In this document: positions 15,047-20,415 of the stretch, piece by piece | Layout of the letters: every line of letters begins with the position of its first letter | How positions within the stretch are numbered: position 1 is the first letter of the stretch | Assembly (NCBI GenBank): GCA_964534375.1 | Contig: CAZHPN010000106.1 | Span: 1-20,415, forward strand | DNA length: 20,415 nt | Direction of reading: 5' to 3' | DNA from: an uncultured bacterium | GTDB lineage: Bacteria > Lernaellota > Lernaellaia > Lernaellales > Lernaellaceae | Position numbers and translations under genes: made by a program | The notes under the pieces: generated by a model | The model's database searches: none | What the model saw: only the letters and a program-made list of their open reading frames with translations | What the model was told of the DNA's origin: nothing

Positions 15047-16590
15047 CGGGCCTCCGTGCCGGGCGGGCGGCGCCAGATCTCGGCCCGCACCGGCGGTTGG
15101 GTCGCGAACGGCGGCCACGCGGCTTTTTCCGCCGCCGTGAAGCCAGCCGCCGTCAACGCTTGTTTGATCAGCGCGACGCCGCGATCGGTCTCGCGCCAGT
15201 TTTCGTGCGTCAATAAGAGCGCCACGCGCGCGGGCCGCGCCAGCAACGGCCGCAGCCGCTCGAGGTCCGCCGCCGTGGCGATCCCCGGCTGCACGCGCGG
15301 CGCCGGGCGGTCGCCGGCGGACCGCAGATCGATGGGCACGCCGACGACGGCCCGGCCGGCGCCGTAAAAACGGTAAGCGTCGGCGGCGAACCAGGCGACG
15401 CCGAGACCCAGATCGTCCGGCCCGAGGCGGGCGTCGATCCATTGCACGGCCGGCCGCAGGGGCTCGTCGCCGACGCGGGCCGCCGCCGGCAGGCTGAAGA
15501 CGTCGGCGGCCAGCAGCACGGCGAAGAGCGCGCCCGCGACGAAACCGCGGCGGGCCAGCGCAAAGGGCGCGACGGCAAGCACCGCGACCGGCGCGGCGAG
15601 GATCGTGAAGTAGTGCAGTGCGAAAAACGCGTGAAACACCGTGTGCGCGACCAGCGCCAACGCCACGGTCGCCGCCACGGGCAGCGCGACCGCGAACAAG
15701 CGCCCGCGGGCCTCCGCCGGTTCGGCGCGCCGCAGCCGCCCGTAGCCCCAGGCCAGCAGCACGAAGATGAGCGCCGTGCCGCAGGCCCCCGCGGCCCACG
15801 GCGCGACCGCGCGCACGGCCGTTTCCACGCCGTCGACGCCCGCCGCCTGCGCGAGCAATTGCGCCGTCCGGCGCAGCAGTTCGCGCGGCGACGCCGTCAG
15901 TTCGAGCCAGCCCGCGCCCAGGGAATTGCGATATTGCGCAAGCAACAGCGGCAGCCACGGCGCGAACAGCAAACCCGCCAAGCCGGCGGCCTGCAGTGCT
16001 CGTTTGCCGGCCGCGCGGCCCTGGCGGCGCAGCCGCCAGCCCGCCGCCGCGAGCCCCGCGAGCAGCAGCAGGTTGTAGTAAAAACAGTAACTGGCGAGCG
16101 CCGCCGCGACCGCGAGGCGCAGCGTGCGGCGCCGGTCGGGTTGGTCGATCAGCGCGGCGAACTCGCACATCATCCACGACGCGAGCAGCGTTGCCGGCGC
16201 GTACGTCCGCACCATCAGACTCAGCGAATAGCCTTGCGGCGCCACCATCAGCAGCGCCAGGGCGAGCAGCCCGACCGTTTCGCCCGCCAGCCGCCGGCCG
16301 AGGCGCCAGGCGAACAGACCTGCGCCGACCCAGCACAACGCGGAGGCGAGCCGCCAGGCCGTTTCCGAAAAACCGAGCCGCATGAGGCCGCTCAAAAAGA
16401 GCTGGTATAGCGGCGGGTGCACGTCGGCGAGCACCGATCGCCAAACGGCGCCCTGGCGCGCCGCCAGCGCGAAATAGACTTCGTCGGTGTTGAGGCTGCG
16501 GCTGGTCGCGCCGGCGAGGCGCAGGCAGAAACCCGCCGCGGCGATGCCCAGGGCGGCGAAAACGGCCGGCGGCGCGAGCGGCCGCTTCAT
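15043..16590 (-). CDS. Polytopic membrane glycosyltransferase (GT-C fold, GT39/ArnT-like), 515 aa
   Basis: Start MKRPLAPP (ATGA overlap with the PBP1A stop); SLNTDE, DVHPPLYQL, WRL.SAL, VRTYA; many hydrophobic segments. Confidence 0.82.
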   Translation of the reverse strand: MKRPLAPPAVFAALGIAAAGFCLRLAGATSRSLNTDEVYFALAARQGAVWRSVLADVHPPLYQLFLSGLMRLGFSETAWRLASALCWVGAGLFAWRLGRRLAGETVGLLALALLMVAPQGYSLSLMVRTYAPATLLASWMMCEFAALIDQPDRRRTLRLAVAAALASYCFYYNLLLLAGLAAAGWRLRRQGRAAGKRALQAAGLAGLLFAPWLPLLLAQYRNSLGAGWLELTASPRELLRRTAQLLAQAAGVDGVETAVRAVAPWAAGACGTALIFVLLAWGYGRLRRAEPAEARGRLFAVALPVAATVALALVAHTVFHAFFALHYFTILAAPVAVLAVAPFALARRGFVAGALFAVLLAADVFSLPAAARVGDEPLRPAVQWIDARLGPDDLGLGVAWFAADAYRFYGAGRAVVGVPIDLRSAGDRPAPRVQPGIATAADLERLRPLLARPARVALLLTHENWRETDRGVALIKQALTAAGFTAAEKAAWPPFATQPPVRAEIWRRPPGTEAR

Positions 16591-19217
16591 CGATCGCCCT
16601 CGATTTCGAATTTGAAGAAATCCTGCGGCTGCGGCGCCGCGGCGCTCGGCGCGTACTCGGTCGGCTCGGCGCCGGCGACGAACACCTCGTTGTAGCCGGG
16701 CGCGTCGGGCTGGGCCAGCAGCCCGGTTTGCGGATCGACGCGCGCGTAGACGAGCCCGGGCGGCGGCGTGAAGCCGATGTTCGGCTGATCTTCGAGCGCG
16801 ACCTTCATGAAATCGATCCAGATCGGCAGCGCGGCCGACGAGCCGGATTCGCCGGACCCCAGCGTCAGGCCGCCCTTGTCGAAGCCGACCCAGACGCCGG
16901 CGATCACCTGCGGCGAAAAGCCCACGAACCAAGCGTCTTTGTAATCGCTGGTCGTGCCGGTCTTGCCCGCGACGGTCCGCCCGAGCGCGCTGGCGCGGGC
17001 GCCCGTGCCCTCCGTCGCGACGCTATGGAGCATGGTCGTGATGACGTAGGCCACCTGCGGGTCGAGCACCTGCCGCCAGAACGGCCGGCCTTCCTGCGCG
17101 ACGCGGGCCGGAATCTCGCCGCGGGGCTCCGGCGTTTCCTGCGGCTGCGGCGCCGCCGGCGAGGGCGTCGGCGCGGGCTTCGGGCCGACGCCGAAGCTGT
17201 GCAGGAACTCGACGAGCCGATCGTCGGCCGGGGGCTTGGGCACGGCCTCGTTGGCGTCGGCCGGCGGCTGGTCGACGACGCGGTTGCGGCGCAGATCGGG
17301 CACGCCGGTCATCGGCGGGGGCTGTTCGACGAAATCGCTGAGGGTTGCGTCTTCCAGCACGGCGCCCGAGCGATCGGCGACTTTCCGGATGAACACCGGC
17401 TCGCCCCATTTGCCGCCGGTGGCGAACACCTCGTAGGCGTTGACCAGTTCCAGCGGCGTCACCTCGTAGGTGCCCAGGGCCATCGAGAGGTCGCCGCCGT
17501 GCAGCTCGAGCAGGCCGAGGCGGCGCGCGAAGCGGACGATGTAATCCACCCCGAGCATTTCCGCGACGCGGATCGTCACGGTGTTGACCGAGTGCGTCAG
17601 CGCCTGCCGCAGCGTCATGTAACCGTGAAACGTGTGGTCGTAGTTGGCCGGCCGCCAGTTGTCGCCGAAGATGAGCGCGGTGTCGGCGAACACGGTCGCG
17701 GGCGTCAGGCCGGCGTTGAGCGCCGCCGCATAGACGATGGGTTTGAACGCGCTGCCGGGCTGGCGCCGCGCCTGCACCGCGCGATTGAATTGGCTGCCCG
17801 CGAAATCCTTGCCGCCGATCATCGCCAGCACCTGCCGCGTGTTGACGTCCATCGCCAGCAGCGCGCCGTCCGCCGACGGCCAGGCCGCCAGCGTGTAGGG
17901 CCGATCGGCTTTTTCCCGGTAGACCAGCACGCGATCGCCCGGCCGCAGCAATTGGCTGACGCGATGCAGCGTCCCGACGCTGAAGACGCGGTCGCCGCGC
18001 TGCACCTTGGTCGGCCACTTCATCTGCGCGAACGGCGCGCGGATCGTCGGCCCGCCGAGATCGATTCGCGCCCAGCCGGCCTCGTCGTCGACCGTCAGCA
18101 CCAGGCCCTCGTGCACCTCGTCCGGTCGCAGGTTTTCGTTCTGGCGGGCCAAGGCGGCGAGGCGGGCCGGCCAATCCTTTTGCGGCACGGTCTCCGGAAT
18201 CGTCAGCAGGTTTTGCCGCCGCGCATGCACGCGCAGCCCCTTGTTCAGCGCGTCGCGGGCGACCCCTTGCAGGCGCAGGTCGCAGGCGGCGGTGACGCGC
18301 AAGCCGTCTTTGAGCACCTTTTCGGCGCCGTACTTTTTCATCAGCGCGCGGCGCACGTGCTCCACGTAATCCGGCGCCTTTTCCAGCGTGACGTCGCGCC
18401 GCTCCTTCACGCCCAGCGGCGTTGGCTCGGCCTGCGCGAAGGCTTCGCGGGAGATGAAGCCGTCGTCGAGCATGCGCGTGAGCACGTAGCGCCGGCGGTC
18501 GCGCGCTTTTTCGGGCTGAAGGCGCGGGTTGAAGCGCCCCGGCGCCTGCACCAGGCCGGCGAGCAGCGCGCCCTCGGCGAGGGTCAGATCGCCGACGTCC
18601 TTGGCGAAGAATTCCCGCGCCGCGGCCTGCACGCCGTAGGCGCCGGAGCCGAAGTAAATCTGATTCAGGTACAAGTGCAGAATCTCGTTCTTGTTGAGGC
18701 GGTCTTCGATGCGCTTGGCCAGCACCATCTCGCGCACCTTGCGCAGGTAGGTGCGTTCGGGCGACAGCAACAGGCTCTTCACCACCTGCTGGGTGATCGT
18801 CGAGCCGCCCTGCTTGATTTCGCGGGCGTGCAGGTTGGCCCACGCCGCGCGCAGAATGCTCGTGTAATCCAGGCCGTGGTGCGTGAAGAACGTCCGGTCT
18901 TCGGCGGCGACGAACGCCTGAATCACGTGCTGCGGCACGTCGGTCACCGCGACCAGGTACCGCCGCTGATTTTCGTACATGAATTCGCCGATCAGTTGGC
19001 CCTCGCGGTCGTACACCTCAGTGACGAGGTTGGGGCGGTAATCGGCCAAGGTGTCCATCTTCGGGAGGCCGCTCTTGATCACTTCGTACGCCGCCAACGC
19101 CGCGCCGCCGGCAACGAGCGCCGCGACGCCCGCGCAGACGCCGAGATTCAGCAGCACCCGTTTCCAATGCCCCGGCCCGGGCGGCTGCAATAGGTTTTTC
19201 ACGCGGTCCGGCGTCAA
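16587..19217 (-). CDS. mrcA: Class A penicillin-binding protein 1A
   Basis: N-terminal TM helix; transglycosylase EDRTFFTHHG, GGSTITQQ, RKVRE, EILHLYLN; transpeptidase SAFK, SVN, KTGT; TTG start with GAGAGG SD. Confidence 0.95.
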   Translation of the reverse strand: MTPDRVKNLLQPPGPGHWKRVLLNLGVCAGVAALVAGGAALAAYEVIKSGLPKMDTLADYRPNLVTEVYDREGQLIGEFMYENQRRYLVAVTDVPQHVIQAFVAAEDRTFFTHHGLDYTSILRAAWANLHAREIKQGGSTITQQVVKSLLLSPERTYLRKVREMVLAKRIEDRLNKNEILHLYLNQIYFGSGAYGVQAAAREFFAKDVGDLTLAEGALLAGLVQAPGRFNPRLQPEKARDRRRYVLTRMLDDGFISREAFAQAEPTPLGVKERRDVTLEKAPDYVEHVRRALMKKYGAEKVLKDGLRVTAACDLRLQGVARDALNKGLRVHARRQNLLTIPETVPQKDWPARLAALARQNENLRPDEVHEGLVLTVDDEAGWARIDLGGPTIRAPFAQMKWPTKVQRGDRVFSVGTLHRVSQLLRPGDRVLVYREKADRPYTLAAWPSADGALLAMDVNTRQVLAMIGGKDFAGSQFNRAVQARRQPGSAFKPIVYAAALNAGLTPATVFADTALIFGDNWRPANYDHTFHGYMTLRQALTHSVNTVTIRVAEMLGVDYIVRFARRLGLLELHGGDLSMALGTYEVTPLELVNAYEVFATGGKWGEPVFIRKVADRSGAVLEDATLSDFVEQPPPMTGVPDLRRNRVVDQPPADANEAVPKPPADDRLVEFLHSFGVGPKPAPTPSPAAPQPQETPEPRGEIPARVAQEGRPFWRQVLDPQVAYVITTMLHSVATEGTGARASALGRTVAGKTGTTSDYKDAWFVGFSPQVIAGVWVGFDKGGLTLGSGESGSSAALPIWIDFMKVALEDQPNIGFTPPPGLVYARVDPQTGLLAQPDAPGYNEVFVAGAEPTEYAPSAAAPQPQDFFKFEIEGDR

Positions 19218-19341
19218 GGCAAACCTCTCATTCGCGGGACGGCTGGCTCGTCCCGCGGGAGAGACTAGCAGCCGGCGAAAGGGCCTTCAACCCGGCGCGC
19301 TCGGCCAAACCCTTGGCGGCTTTGGCCGGCAGCATTTGGGC

Positions 19342-19389
19342 AAAAAAAAGGGGCCGTGACGGGGTTTTGGGGGGGAAGGATCACGGCCC
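19342..19389 (-). terminator. Intrinsic terminator after transaldolase, with a large loop
   Basis: 9-bp stem GGGCCGTGA/TCACGGCCC, 21-nt loop, followed by C and T8 on the minus strand. Confidence 0.7.
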
Positions 19390-19418
19390 AGAATAAGGAT
19401 GATGGTCAGGCGTATCCG

Positions 19419-20066
19419 TCACCGGTCAGGGATTTTTCGATAGTCCTCTTTGAACTTCTCGATCCCCAACGCGGTGAGAGGATGAGTGAATAATTGTTTG
19501 AGCACCGCGAACGGCACGGTCGCAATGTCCGCGCCGATCAACGCCGTCTCCAGCACGTGCAGCGGATGCCGCACGCTGGCGACGATGATTTCCGCGTCGT
19601 ACCCATAATTGTCGAAAATGGTCTTGATGTTGTCGATCAGGTCCATGCCGTCGCTGCTGGCGTCGTCGAGGCGGCCGACGAACGGGCTGACGTACGACGC
19701 GCCGGCCTTGGCCGCCAACAGCGCCTGGGTCGCCGAGAAGATCAACGTCACATTCGTCTTGATGCCCTCTTCCTTGAGCGCCGCGACCGCTTTCAGGCCT
19801 TCCTCGGTCATCGGAATCTTGACGACGACGTTGCCGGCGATTTTCGCCAGGGCGCGGGCCTCGACGATCATGCCTTTCGCGTCGTCGGCGATCACTTCCA
19901 GGCTGATCGGCCCCGCGACCAGCCGCGTGATTTCGGGCGCGACTTCGGCGAAGCTCTTGCCCGTTTTGGCCAGCAGCGACGGATTGGTCGTCACGCCGTC
20001 GACCAGGCCCATCGCCACGCCGCGCCGGATCTCGTCAAGGTTCGCCGTGTCCAGAAAAATCTTCAC
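19419..20066 (-). CDS. tal: Transaldolase (short TalC/FSA-type family)
   Basis: [14 protein letters not shown], Schiff-base [26 protein letters not shown]. Glu in SLEV and Phe in SPF are the transaldolase rather than FSA signature. Confidence 0.93.
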   Translation of the reverse strand: MKIFLDTANLDEIRRGVAMGLVDGVTTNPSLLAKTGKSFAEVAPEITRLVAGPISLEVIADDAKGMIVEARALAKIAGNVVVKIPMTEEGLKAVAALKEEGIKTNVTLIFSATQALLAAKAGASYVSPFVGRLDDASSDGMDLIDNIKTIFDNYGYDAEIIVASVRHPLHVLETALIGADIATVPFAVLKQLFTHPLTALGIEKFKEDYRKIPDR

Positions 20067-20079
20067 CGCCGCTCCGCGC

Positions 20080-20415
20080 TCAGTATTTGTACCCGGTCGA
20101 CAAGAACGCCGCCGTTTCGGCGAAAATCGTCAACTCGAGGTTGAAAAACACGTTTTGCGTCACGAAGTAATCGCAGCCGATGAACAGGCCCCAGTCGAGT
20201 TTGTCTTGCATTTCGTTGCGTTTGCTTTTGAATTCCATCCACGTGTGGTCGTACTTCAAGCCGCCGTACGGGGCCAGGCTTTTCATCACGTACGAAAAAA
20301 TCAGGCTCGCCTGCACTTCGTCGAGCGTCGCGTGCGTGTTGTGGTCTGCGCTGCGAGTTTGCACGAACTGGCCGTCGAGCGTCATCGTGCAGAACGCCTT
20401 CAACCGGTCGCGGTT
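20080..20415 (-). CDS. C-terminal part of a probable outer-membrane beta-barrel protein (5' end outside the window)
   Basis: Frame is open to the window edge; amphipathic strands [22 protein letters not shown]; terminal GYKY. Confidence 0.7.
   Translation of the reverse strand, partial: NRDRLKAFCTMTLDGQFVQTRSADHNTHATLDEVQASLIFSYVMKSLAPYGGLKYDHTWMEFKSKRNEMQDKLDWGLFIGCDYFVTQNVFFNLELTIFAETAAFLSTGYKY

Noticed and set aside
15047..16444. 756-aa ORF suggesting a long SDR fusion
   Set aside because: Upstream part overlaps the GT-C gene out of frame; the SDR begins at 15046
16728..19193. 821-aa plus-strand ORF and 606-aa alternative-frame ORF
   Set aside because: Shadow or off-frame ORFs over PBP1A with Arg/Ala-rich, motif-free translations
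19221..19300. Glycine-riboswitch-like words (GGAGAGAC, GAAAGG, CTCTCA)
   Set aside because: Wrong order, and on the strand opposite the downstream gene

Overview
High-GC bacterial chromosomal window whose gene content suggests a delta-proteobacterium-like lineage (inference only). Most genes are on the minus strand: a 5'-truncated outer-membrane protein, transaldolase, a coupled PBP1A / GT-C membrane glycosyltransferase / SDR block, a double zinc-ribbon DUF2007-like protein, a HEAT-repeat protein paired with a degenerate HD-GYP protein, a Tat-exported group-1 [NiFe]-hydrogenase (small subunit, large subunit, maturation protease), a small beta-barrel protein and two tandem PilT/PilU ATPases. 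The plus strand carries a 7-repeat beta-propeller lipoprotein, a repeat-rich intergenic region with an internally deleted ISAs1 element, and a GT2 glycosyltransferase. The best candidate for an uncharacterised system is the HEAT + pseudo-HD-GYP pair, whose two proteins share a homologous ~140-aa N-terminal domain. Other notable items are two dispersed inverted heptamer arrays, a possible ATT start for pilT, a Cys-containing [NiFeSe]-like hydrogenase, an intra-operon terminator and a possible leaderless gene. All calls come from reading motifs by eye; no database searches were run.
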